Assembly: GCF_000017305.1 (NCBI RefSeq) | Contig: NC_009664.2 | Coordinates: 4,020,001-4,052,000, forward strand | Reading direction: 5' to 3' | DNA length: 32,000 nucleotides | Origin: Kineococcus radiotolerans SRS30216 = ATCC BAA-149 | Lineage (GTDB): Bacteria; Actinomycetota; Actinomycetes; Actinomycetales; Kineococcaceae | Shown: one piece after another, positions 25,552 through 32,000 of the stretch | Layout of the letters: each line of letters opens with the position of its first letter | How positions within the stretch are numbered: position 1 is the stretch's first letter | Notes under the pieces: model-generated | What the model saw: only the letters and a program-made list of their open reading frames with translations | Databases searched by the model: none | What the model was told of the DNA's origin: nothing | Made by a program: the position numbers and the translations under genes

Positions 25552-25625
25552 TGCCCTGGGTGGGATTCGAACCCACACTGGATCGAGTTTGAGTCGATTG
25601 CCTCTGCCGGTTGGGCTACCAGGGC
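25552..25625 (-). tRNA. tRNA, anticodon CAA (Leu by anticodon); 74 nt, class-I architecture with a 5-nt variable loop; CCA not encoded
   Basis: Manual cloverleaf of the minus-strand sequence GCCCTGG-TA-GCCC-AACCGGCAG-AGGC-A-ATCGA-CTCAAAC-TCGAT-CCAGT-GTGGG-TTCGAAT-CCCAC-CCAGGGC-A. Acceptor, anticodon and T stems are perfect. U8, A14, G18G19, U33, the TTCGAAT T-loop and A73 are all present. Confidence 0.85.
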
Positions 25626-25725
25626 GTCCCGCGGGGCGCCGGATCACCTTACCGGGACCCTGGGAGTGCCCCGCGACCGGCCCGAGGCGACGACGGGTCG
25701 TAGTAGCGCCGGGGCACGGACTAGG

Positions 25726-26355
25726 ATGCCCCGCGTGACGAACACTCCCGACACCCCCGCCTCCTCCTCCGCGACCACTCGTCGGGTGGTCGTCGCGGAG
25801 GACGAGGCGATCATCCGTCTCGACATCGTCGAGATGCTCACCGAGGCCGGGTACGACGTCGTCGGCCAGGCGGGCGACGGCGAGCAGGCCGTGGCCCTGG
25901 CCGAGGAGCACAAGCCCGACCTCGTGGTCATGGACATCAAGATGCCGATCCTCGACGGCATCTCCGCGGCCGAGCGCATCGCCAAGGCGCGCATCGCGCC
26001 GGTCGTCCTGCTGACGGCGTTCTCCCAGGCCGAGCTGGTGGAGCGCGCTCGCGACGCCGGGGCCATGGCCTACGTCGTCAAGCCCTTCACCTCCGCCGAC
26101 CTGCTGCCGGCCGTGGAGATCGCGGTGAGCCGCCACCAGCAGATCATGGCCCTGGAGGACGAGGTCGCCGACCTCGCCGACCGCTTCGAGACCCGCAAGC
26201 TGGTCGACCGGGCCAAGTCCAAGCTGCAGACCCAGTTCGGCATGTCCGAGCCCGAGGCGTTCCGCTGGATCCAGAAGACGTCGATGGACAAGCGCCTCAC
26301 GATGCGCGAGGTCGCCACCACGGTCATCAGCGCCGGTGGCGAGGACCGCGGCTGA
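25726..26355 (+). CDS. pdtaR: ANTAR-domain response regulator (PdtaR/AmiR-NasR type: REC plus ANTAR)
   Basis: REC motifs VVVAEDEAIIR, DLVVMDIKMP, LLTAF and YVVKPF. ANTAR region LETRKLVDRAKSKLQ...GMSEPEAFRWIQKTSMDKRLTMREVA. The start is ATG 25726 or GTG 25735 (AGGA lies 8 nt upstream of the latter). Confidence 0.9.
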   Translation: MPRVTNTPDTPASSSATTRRVVVAEDEAIIRLDIVEMLTEAGYDVVGQAGDGEQAVALAEEHKPDLVVMDIKMPILDGISAAERIAKARIAPVVLLTAFSQAELVERARDAGAMAYVVKPFTSADLLPAVEIAVSRHQQIMALEDEVADLADRFETRKLVDRAKSKLQTQFGMSEPEAFRWIQKTSMDKRLTMREVATTVISAGGEDRG

Positions 26356-26399
26356 CGCCACCCCTCCCCGGCACCCGTCGCCCCGCGACGCCCGGCCAC

Positions 26400-26438
26400 G
26401 GCCCCGCCACCCCCACGGGTGGCGGGGCCGTTGTCGTT
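26400..26438 (+). terminator. intrinsic terminator after the ANTAR regulator (13-bp GC stem, CCAC loop, T-containing tail GTTGTCGTT)
   Basis: ggccccgccaccc-ccac-gggtggcggggcc followed by gttgtcgtt, read directly. Confidence 0.7.
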
Positions 26439-26650
26439 CCTGCCGCGATCCGGTCACGCAGCGGCAGATCTGCGCAGTTCCGGGGCCCGGTGCTGACCGA
26501 TCTGTGTAACGACCCGGTGAACACGCACACCGAACGCCCCCGGAGGGCGGGCACGCCCCCTAGTGTTCACCCCGGCTCCACCGCTCCCGGGTGGCGCCCG
26601 CGGGTCCGTGCGTCGTCGCGGCCCCCGCGCCCCCGGCCCAGGAGGACCCA

Positions 26651-27826
26651 GTGCGTTCCATCGTCAAACTCGCGGCCCCCGCCGCGGCTGCCGCCCTGCT
26701 CCTCGCCGCGTGCGGCACCACCGGCGGCGACGAGACCACCGCCGCCGAGGGCTCCTCGAGCGGCAGCAGCAGCTGCCCCGCAGACGTCAGCATCGGCTTC
26801 TTCGGTGCGCTGACCGGTCCCAACGCCAACCTCGGCGTCAACGAGCAGAACGGCGTGAAGCTCGCCGTGGACCAGCACAACGCCGAGAGCGGCGCGTGCC
26901 AGGTCACCGTGACCCCCTACGACTCCCAGGGCGACCAGAACCAGGCCCAGGGCCTCGCGCAGCAGGTCGTGGGCGACGAGAACGTCCTCGGCATCGTCGG
27001 CCCGGCCTTCTCCGGCGAGTCCAAGGTCGCCGACCCGATCTTCGACGAGGCCGGCATCGTCGGCATCAGCCCCTCGGCCACCAACCCCGCCCTGGCCGAG
27101 AACGGCTGGAAGACCTTCTTCCGCGTCCTGGGCAACGACGCCTCCCAGGGCCCCGCCGCCGCCACCTACATCTCCGACACCCTCGGCAAGCAGAAGGTGT
27201 ACGTCATCGACGACGCCACCGAGTACGGCAAGGGCCTGGCCGACATCGTCCGCGAGAGCCTCGGGGCGAAGGCCGTCAAGAACAACACCATCCAGACCGG
27301 GCAGACGGACTTCTCCGCGGTCGTGGCCGACGTGCAGGCCTCCGGGGCCGACGCGGTCTTCTTCGGGGGGTACTACCCCGAGGGCGGGCTGCTGCTGAAG
27401 CAGCTGCGCGAGTCGGGCCTGAGCGCGGACAAGCTCGCCTTCATCACCGACGACGGCGCCAAGGACGAGGGCCTCATCACCGCCGCCGGTGCGGCGGCCG
27501 CCGAGGGCGCGCTCATGACCTGCCCGTGCCTGCCGCCGGACAAGGCCGGGGGCACCTTCGTCGCCGACTACACCGAGGCCTACGGCACCGCCCCGGCGAC
27601 CTACTCGGCCGAGGCGTTCGACGCGGCGAACATCCTGCTCGACGGGATCGCCGAGGGCAACGTCACCCGCGAGGACCTGCTCGCCTACGTGAAGTCCTAC
27701 GACAAGCCGGGCGTCACCAAGCAGCTCAAGTTCGACGAGAAGGGCGAGCCCAGCGAGGTCAGCGTCTGGGCCTACAAGGTCGAGGGCGGCGAGATCGTCG
27801 CCGACCAGGAGATCAACGCCTCCTGA
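26651..27826 (+). CDS. branched-chain amino acid ABC transporter substrate-binding lipoprotein (LivJ/LivK type)
   Basis: GTG start 6 nt after AGGAGG. Signal peptide with lipobox LLAAC. Periplasmic-binding-protein type I features (GALTGPNA, VGPAFSGES, VYVIDD.TEYGKG, FFGGYYPE). Confidence 0.9.
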   Translation: MRSIVKLAAPAAAAALLLAACGTTGGDETTAAEGSSSGSSSCPADVSIGFFGALTGPNANLGVNEQNGVKLAVDQHNAESGACQVTVTPYDSQGDQNQAQGLAQQVVGDENVLGIVGPAFSGESKVADPIFDEAGIVGISPSATNPALAENGWKTFFRVLGNDASQGPAAATYISDTLGKQKVYVIDDATEYGKGLADIVRESLGAKAVKNNTIQTGQTDFSAVVADVQASGADAVFFGGYYPEGGLLLKQLRESGLSADKLAFITDDGAKDEGLITAAGAAAAEGALMTCPCLPPDKAGGTFVADYTEAYGTAPATYSAEAFDAANILLDGIAEGNVTREDLLAYVKSYDKPGVTKQLKFDEKGEPSEVSVWAYKVEGGEIVADQEINAS

Positions 27827-27833
27827 ACCGCTC

Positions 27834-27868
27834 GACGACCCCACCCGCGTCGCGCGGGTGGGGTCGTC
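27834..27868 (+). terminator. 16-bp perfect stem-loop between the binding-protein and permease genes (intra-operon attenuator/terminator candidate)
   Basis: gacgaccccacccgcg-tcg-cgcgggtggggtcgtc, read directly. Confidence 0.6.
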
Positions 27869-27916
27869 CGCGTTCCGGCCGTCCCCCGTCGCCATCCCTC
27901 ACCCCGGGGAGTTCCC

Positions 27917-28897
27917 CTGTCCACGTTCCTGAACCTGACCTTCACCGGTCTGGTCGTCGGCGCGATCTACGCCCTCTTCGCGCTCGGCTACACCCTCGTC
28001 TACGGCGTCCTGCGCCTGATCAACTTCGCCCACTCCGAGGTCTTCATGTGGGGCAGCTTCGGCGCCGTCTGGGCCATGACCCTGCTGGGCGCGCACGCCG
28101 GCATGGGCTGGCCGGCCGCGATCGGCCTGCTGCTCGTCGCCCTCGTCGCCGCGATGCTCGTCAGCGGCGGCGTCGCCCTCGTGGTGGAACGCGTCGCCTA
28201 CCGCCGGCTGCGGGAGAAGAACGCGCCCCCGCTGGTCGCGCTCATCTCCGCCATCGGCGCCTCGTTCATGCTCTCCGAGATCATGGGCCTGCGCGACCGC
28301 ATCGCCGGCTGGCTGAACCTGGACGGCGTGCTCGCCCCCTACGTCCGCCAGGCCCGCGAGAACACCGCCTTCGTCAACCCCCTGCCGAACGTGCAGGTGC
28401 TGGAGGTCGCCGGGTTCCAGATCCGCAGCAACCAGCTCATCGTGCTCGTCGCCGCGATCGTCATGATGATCGCCCTGGACCAGTTCGTCCGCCGGTCGCG
28501 ACTGGGCCGCGGGGTCCGCGCGGTGTCGCAGAACCCCGAGGCCGCCGCGCTCATGGGGGTCAACCAGAAGCGCGTCGTCCAGTTGACGTTCTTCATCGGC
28601 GGCCTCATGGCCGGTGCCGCGGCGCTGCTCTACCTCGTCCACATCGGGGTCACCCGCTACAACGTCGGCTTCATCCTCGGCATCAAGGCCTTCACCGCGG
28701 CCGTCCTCGGCGGCATCGGCAACATCCGCGGCGCGCTCGTGGGCGGGCTCGTCCTCGGCCTGGCCGAGAACTACGCCACGTTCTTCGGTCTCGCCTCGTC
28801 CTGGAAGGACGTCGTGTCCTTCCTGCTGCTGATCGTCGTCCTGCTGTTCCGGCCCACCGGCATCCTCGGCGAATCCCTCGGGAAGGCCCGCGCATGA
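27917..28897 (+). CDS. livH: branched-chain amino acid ABC transporter permease (LivH type); the 5' end probably uses a CTG start
   Basis: The track ORF begins at ATG 28046. However, the in-frame upstream translation LNLTFTGLVVGAIYALFALGYTLVYGVLRLINFAHSEVF matches the conserved LivH N-terminal helix (E. coli ...TLGSTYALIAIGYTMVYGIIGMINFAHGEVYM). GGGGAG lies 5 nt before CTG 27917. The C-terminus has the IKAFTAAVLGGIG motif. Confidence 0.8.
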   Translation: MSTFLNLTFTGLVVGAIYALFALGYTLVYGVLRLINFAHSEVFMWGSFGAVWAMTLLGAHAGMGWPAAIGLLLVALVAAMLVSGGVALVVERVAYRRLREKNAPPLVALISAIGASFMLSEIMGLRDRIAGWLNLDGVLAPYVRQARENTAFVNPLPNVQVLEVAGFQIRSNQLIVLVAAIVMMIALDQFVRRSRLGRGVRAVSQNPEAAALMGVNQKRVVQLTFFIGGLMAGAAALLYLVHIGVTRYNVGFILGIKAFTAAVLGGIGNIRGALVGGLVLGLAENYATFFGLASSWKDVVSFLLLIVVLLFRPTGILGESLGKARA

Positions 28898-30054
28898 GCA
28901 CCTCCGCCACCGCCGCGAAGCCGGCCCGCCCGGCCAAGCCGTCGTTCGCCGACCGCTGGACCGCCCTGCCCAAGCCGGTCCAGGTCCTGGTCTGGGTCCT
29001 CCTCGCGCTCTTCTTCTTCGTCCTGCCGCTGCTGAACCTCCCGATCGTGTCCACCCCCGACGCCGAGTTCGGCTCGGTGCTGGCCAGCGTCGCCAACTAC
29101 GCCCTCGTGGCCCTGGGCCTGAACATCGTGCTCGGGTACGCGGGGCTGCTCGACCTCGGTTACGTGGGCTTCTACGCGATCGGCGCCTACACCGTGGGCG
29201 TCGGCGGCTCGCTGCACGGCGAGATCAACTGGTTCGTCCTGATCATCATGGCCGTCACCATCTCCACCGCGAGCGGCCTGCTGCTGGGGGCGCCCACCCT
29301 GCGGGTGCGCGGCGACTACCTCGCCATCGTCACCCTCGGGTTCGGCGAGATCATCCGGCTCACCGCGCTCAACACGGAGTGGCTGAACCAGGCCCGCGGC
29401 ATCACCGGCATCCCGCGCCCGCCCTCGACCGAGCTGTTCGGCCTGCCCAGCCTGGTCTGGGACGGGGCGACGGCCAAGGTGGACCTCGGCGAGGGGGCCC
29501 GCTCGATCTTCCTGAAGTTCGGGCTGCTGGACGCGGTCCCGTACTACTGGCTCGCCCTCATCGTCATCATCCTCGTGCTCATCGCCGACAAGCTGCTGCA
29601 GGCCAGCCGCGTCGGGCGCGCCTGGGAGGCGACCCGCGAGGACGAGGAGGCCGCCGAGCTCAACGGCGTCCCGACCTTCCGCTTCAAGCTGCTCGCCTTC
29701 GCCATGGGCGCGTTCGTGGGTGGCCTCTCGGGGGCGTTGTACGCCTCCCGGATCGGGGCGATCAACCCCGACTCGTTCATGATCCAGCTGTCCATGATGT
29801 TCCTCGCCGCCGTCGTCATCGGCGGTCAGGGCAACCGCTGGGGCGCCATCGTCGGCGGTGTCGTCGTGGCGTACCTGCCGGAGCGCTTCCGCGAGTTCGC
29901 CGACTTCCGCATCGTCGTCTTCGGGCTGCTCCTGCTGCTGCTGGCGAACTTCCGCCCGCAGGGCCTGCTGCCGCCGCGCCGGGCCAAGCGCGCCCAGCGC
30001 GCCGACGCCGCCACCCAGGAACTCGAAGGGACCCAGGAGGGCGCTCGTGCCTGA
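28894..30054 (+). CDS. livM: branched-chain amino acid ABC transporter permease (LivM type)
   Basis: The ATG start overlaps the livH stop (ATGA). Motifs: LGLNIVLGYAGLLDLGYVGFYAIGAY, GDYLAIVTLGFGEI, GI.GIP. 386 aa. Confidence 0.92.
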   Translation: MSTSATAAKPARPAKPSFADRWTALPKPVQVLVWVLLALFFFVLPLLNLPIVSTPDAEFGSVLASVANYALVALGLNIVLGYAGLLDLGYVGFYAIGAYTVGVGGSLHGEINWFVLIIMAVTISTASGLLLGAPTLRVRGDYLAIVTLGFGEIIRLTALNTEWLNQARGITGIPRPPSTELFGLPSLVWDGATAKVDLGEGARSIFLKFGLLDAVPYYWLALIVIILVLIADKLLQASRVGRAWEATREDEEAAELNGVPTFRFKLLAFAMGAFVGGLSGALYASRIGAINPDSFMIQLSMMFLAAVVIGGQGNRWGAIVGGVVVAYLPERFREFADFRIVVFGLLLLLLANFRPQGLLPPRRAKRAQRADAATQELEGTQEGARA

Positions 30055-30889
30055 GCTCACCGAGGACACCGCCCCGCGCGCCCCGCAGGCGTTCGGCGCT
30101 CCGCTGCTGACGATGGAGAACGTCACCCTGAAGTTCGGAGGCGTCGTCGCCCTCAACGACGTGTCCTTCGACATCCGCGAGGGGGAGATCCTGGGGCTCA
30201 TCGGCCCCAACGGCGCCGGGAAGACGACGTGCTTCAACGCCCTCACCGGCGTCTACCAGCCGACGTCGGGACGGGTCGTCTTCGACGGCCAGCCGCTGGG
30301 CCGGCGCAAGCGGTTCCAGATCAACCGCCTCGGGATCGCCCGCACCTTCCAGAACATCCGCCTGTTCGGGAACATGACCGCGCGGGAGAACGTCCTCGTC
30401 GGGGCCGACTCCCACCACCGCTCCGGGGTCGTCAACTCCCTGTTCCGGCTGCCCCGGCACCGCCGGGAGACCCGCGAGGGCCACCGCCTCGCGGACGAGC
30501 TGCTCGCGATGATGGACCTCTCCCACCGCGCGGACGACCTGGCCCGCAACCTCTCCTACGGCGAGCAGCGCCGGCTGGAGATCGCCCGGGCGCTGGCCAC
30601 GCGGCCCAAGCTGCTCTGCCTGGACGAACCTGCCGCCGGGTTCAACCCGGTCGAGAAGCAGCGGCTGATGGACCTCATCCGCAAGGTCCGCGACATGGGC
30701 AACACCGTCCTGCTCATCGAGCACGACATGCGCCTGGTCATGGGCGTCACCGACCGGATCGTGGTCCTGGAGTTCGGCAAGAAGATCGCCGACGGCCTGC
30801 CCGCCGACATCCGCAACGACCCGGCCGTCATCGCCGCCTACCTCGGGGTCGAGGACGATCAGCTGGCCGAAGGAGACGTGGACGAATGA
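30047..30889 (+). CDS. livG: branched-chain amino acid ABC transporter ATP-binding protein (LivG type)
   Basis: GTG start 6 nt after AGGAGG (alternative ATG at 30113). Walker A GPNGAGKTT, signature LSYGEQRRLEIA, Walker B LLCLDEPAAG. Confidence 0.92.
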   Translation: MPELTEDTAPRAPQAFGAPLLTMENVTLKFGGVVALNDVSFDIREGEILGLIGPNGAGKTTCFNALTGVYQPTSGRVVFDGQPLGRRKRFQINRLGIARTFQNIRLFGNMTARENVLVGADSHHRSGVVNSLFRLPRHRRETREGHRLADELLAMMDLSHRADDLARNLSYGEQRRLEIARALATRPKLLCLDEPAAGFNPVEKQRLMDLIRKVRDMGNTVLLIEHDMRLVMGVTDRIVVLEFGKKIADGLPADIRNDPAVIAAYLGVEDDQLAEGDVDE

Positions 30890-31641
30890 ACACCCCGACG
30901 CAGCAGAAGACCCTCGGTGAGGACCAGCTCGTCGTCGAGGGGCTCAGCGTCAACTACGGCCGCATCGAGGCCATCCGCGACGTGTCGTTCCGGGTGCCCC
31001 GGGGCGCCATCGCGACGCTCATCGGGGCCAACGGCGCGGGCAAGACGACGACGCTGAAGACGGTGTCGGGGCTGCGCAGCGTGCGCACCGGCTCCATCGT
31101 CTTCGAGGGCGAGGACATCACCAAGGTGCCCTCGCACAAGCTCGTCCAGAAGGGCCTCTGCCAGGCTCCCGAGGGGCGCGGCACGTTCGTCGGGATGACC
31201 GTCGAGGAGAACCTCGACATGGGCGCCTACACCCGCAAGGACCGGCGCACCGCGGCCTACCGCAGCGACCTGGAGCGCGTCTACGGGCTGTTCCCGCGCC
31301 TGCAGGAGCGCCGCAGCCAGTTCGCCGGCACCATGTCCGGCGGCGAGCAGCAGATGCTCGCCATCGGCCGGGCGCTGATGAGCCGGCCCCGGGTGCTGCT
31401 CCTCGACGAGCCGTCGATGGGGCTCGCGCCCAAGCTGATCCAGCAGATCTTCTCGATCATCGTGGAGATCAACCAGCAGGGGACGACCGTCCTGCTCGTG
31501 GAGCAGAACGCCGCCCAGGCGCTGCGGATCTCCGACGTGGCCTACGTCCTGGAGACGGGCACCGTCGTGCGCTCGGGGACGGGAGCCGACCTCGCGGCCG
31601 ACGACTCCATCCGCGCCGCCTACCTCGGCGGCGACGTCTAG
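30886..31641 (+). CDS. livF: branched-chain amino acid ABC transporter ATP-binding protein (LivF type)
   Basis: The ATG start overlaps the livG stop (ATGA). Walker A GANGAGKTT, signature MSGGEQQMLAIG, Walker B LLLDEPSMGL. Confidence 0.93.
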   Translation: MNTPTQQKTLGEDQLVVEGLSVNYGRIEAIRDVSFRVPRGAIATLIGANGAGKTTTLKTVSGLRSVRTGSIVFEGEDITKVPSHKLVQKGLCQAPEGRGTFVGMTVEENLDMGAYTRKDRRTAAYRSDLERVYGLFPRLQERRSQFAGTMSGGEQQMLAIGRALMSRPRVLLLDEPSMGLAPKLIQQIFSIIVEINQQGTTVLLVEQNAAQALRISDVAYVLETGTVVRSGTGADLAADDSIRAAYLGGDV

Positions 31642-31651
31642 CCGTCCCGTG

Positions 31652-31680
31652 TCCTCCCGGCGCCGCTCCGCGGCGCCGGG
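31652..31680 (+). terminator. 13-bp perfect GC stem-loop after livF
   Basis: ctcccggcgccgc-tcc-gcggcgccgggag, read directly. No U-tract. Confidence 0.6.
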
Positions 31681-31870
31681 AGTCACCCCCGGTGCTGTCC
31701 CTCACCACACCGGGTGAACGTCCCCGCCCGGATCGCGGGGGGATCTTCCGCCCCGCGCCCGGGTGCCCTAGTGTCCGGCGCAGCCACCCCGAGAGAGCGG
31801 GGCGGCCACCGGCGCGGGGGCCCGGTCTGCTCCGTCGGGTGCGTCGACGCACCGCGTGGAAGGGGATCCT

Positions 31871-32000
31871 GTGGCACGACCCGCAGTGGAGGTCCGCGAC
31901 GCCGGGGCCGGCGACATCGACGTCCTCATGGGGCTCTACGCCTCCGCCCGCTTCGACCAGGGGCAGCTGCGCACCGCCACCGCCACCGTGCGGGCCCGCC
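31871..32000 (+). CDS. 5' end of an unidentified gene (possibly a GNAT-type acetyltransferase); truncated by the window edge
   Basis: GTG start after GGAAGGGGA. The 43 codons read (VARPAVEVRDAGAGDIDVLMGLYASARF...) have strong GC3 bias. The identity is only a guess from the N-terminal pattern. Confidence 0.35.
   Translation, partial: MARPAVEVRDAGAGDIDVLMGLYASARFDQGQLRTATATVRAR

Noticed and set aside
25552-25625. tRNA as an integration hotspot with an adjacent island
   Set aside because: There is no integrase, no direct repeat of the tRNA 3' end, and no compositional shift on either side. The flanking genes (pyk, pdtaR) are conserved core genes.
24124-26457. 777-aa minus-strand ORF opposite pyk, the tRNA and the ANTAR regulator
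   Set aside because: It is antisense to two well-supported genes and reads through a tRNA gene. It has low-complexity composition.
26563-28893. Upstream part of the 1163-aa plus-strand ORF 26563..30054
   Set aside because: It is out of frame with the clearly real livJ and livH genes and is composed of Arg/Pro/Gly runs. Only the C-terminal 386 codons (livM, from ATG 28894) are genuine.

Overview
This window is a very GC-rich (roughly 70-75% by eye) chromosomal core region with actinobacterial gene order, and almost all of it is housekeeping metabolism. Left to right: the 3' end of rsmB; an isocitrate-lyase/PEP-mutase-family gene and an FMN-dependent alpha-hydroxy-acid oxidase; rpe; an FMN riboswitch driving ribE-ribB-ribH; hisE-hisG and a PH-domain membrane protein; a convergent Eis-like GNAT and P-loop NTPase pair; hisF; a DinB/MDMPI-like gene; hisI; two small Trp-region membrane proteins; trpC-trpB-trpA; a DsbA-like oxidoreductase and lgt; gltB-gltD; a small acidic hypothetical protein; pyk; one tRNA on the minus strand; a PdtaR-like ANTAR response regulator; a complete branched-chain amino acid ABC transporter (livJ-H-M-G-F type); and the start of one more gene. 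Many neighbouring genes are linked by 4-nt GTGA/ATGA stop/start overlaps. I found no CRISPR array, IS element, integrase or prophage signature, and no clearly novel multi-gene system. The best leads are small-scale: (1) a 74-nt tRNA with a Leu CAA anticodon and a Leu-type D-arm but only a 5-nt variable loop; (2) livH, whose conserved N-terminus lies upstream of any ATG/GTG/TTG, which implies a CTG start; (3) a shared GTnAC-N6-GTGAAC motif with GAAC/GTTC inverted repeats upstream of both gltBD and the liv operon; (4) a possible alternative-hairpin leader in front of livJ; (5) a reduced FMN-riboswitch rib operon with no ribD and no GTP cyclohydrolase II domain; (6) no trpE at its usual hisI/trp junction. 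The very long ORFs antisense to real genes in the track are GC-driven shadow ORFs.
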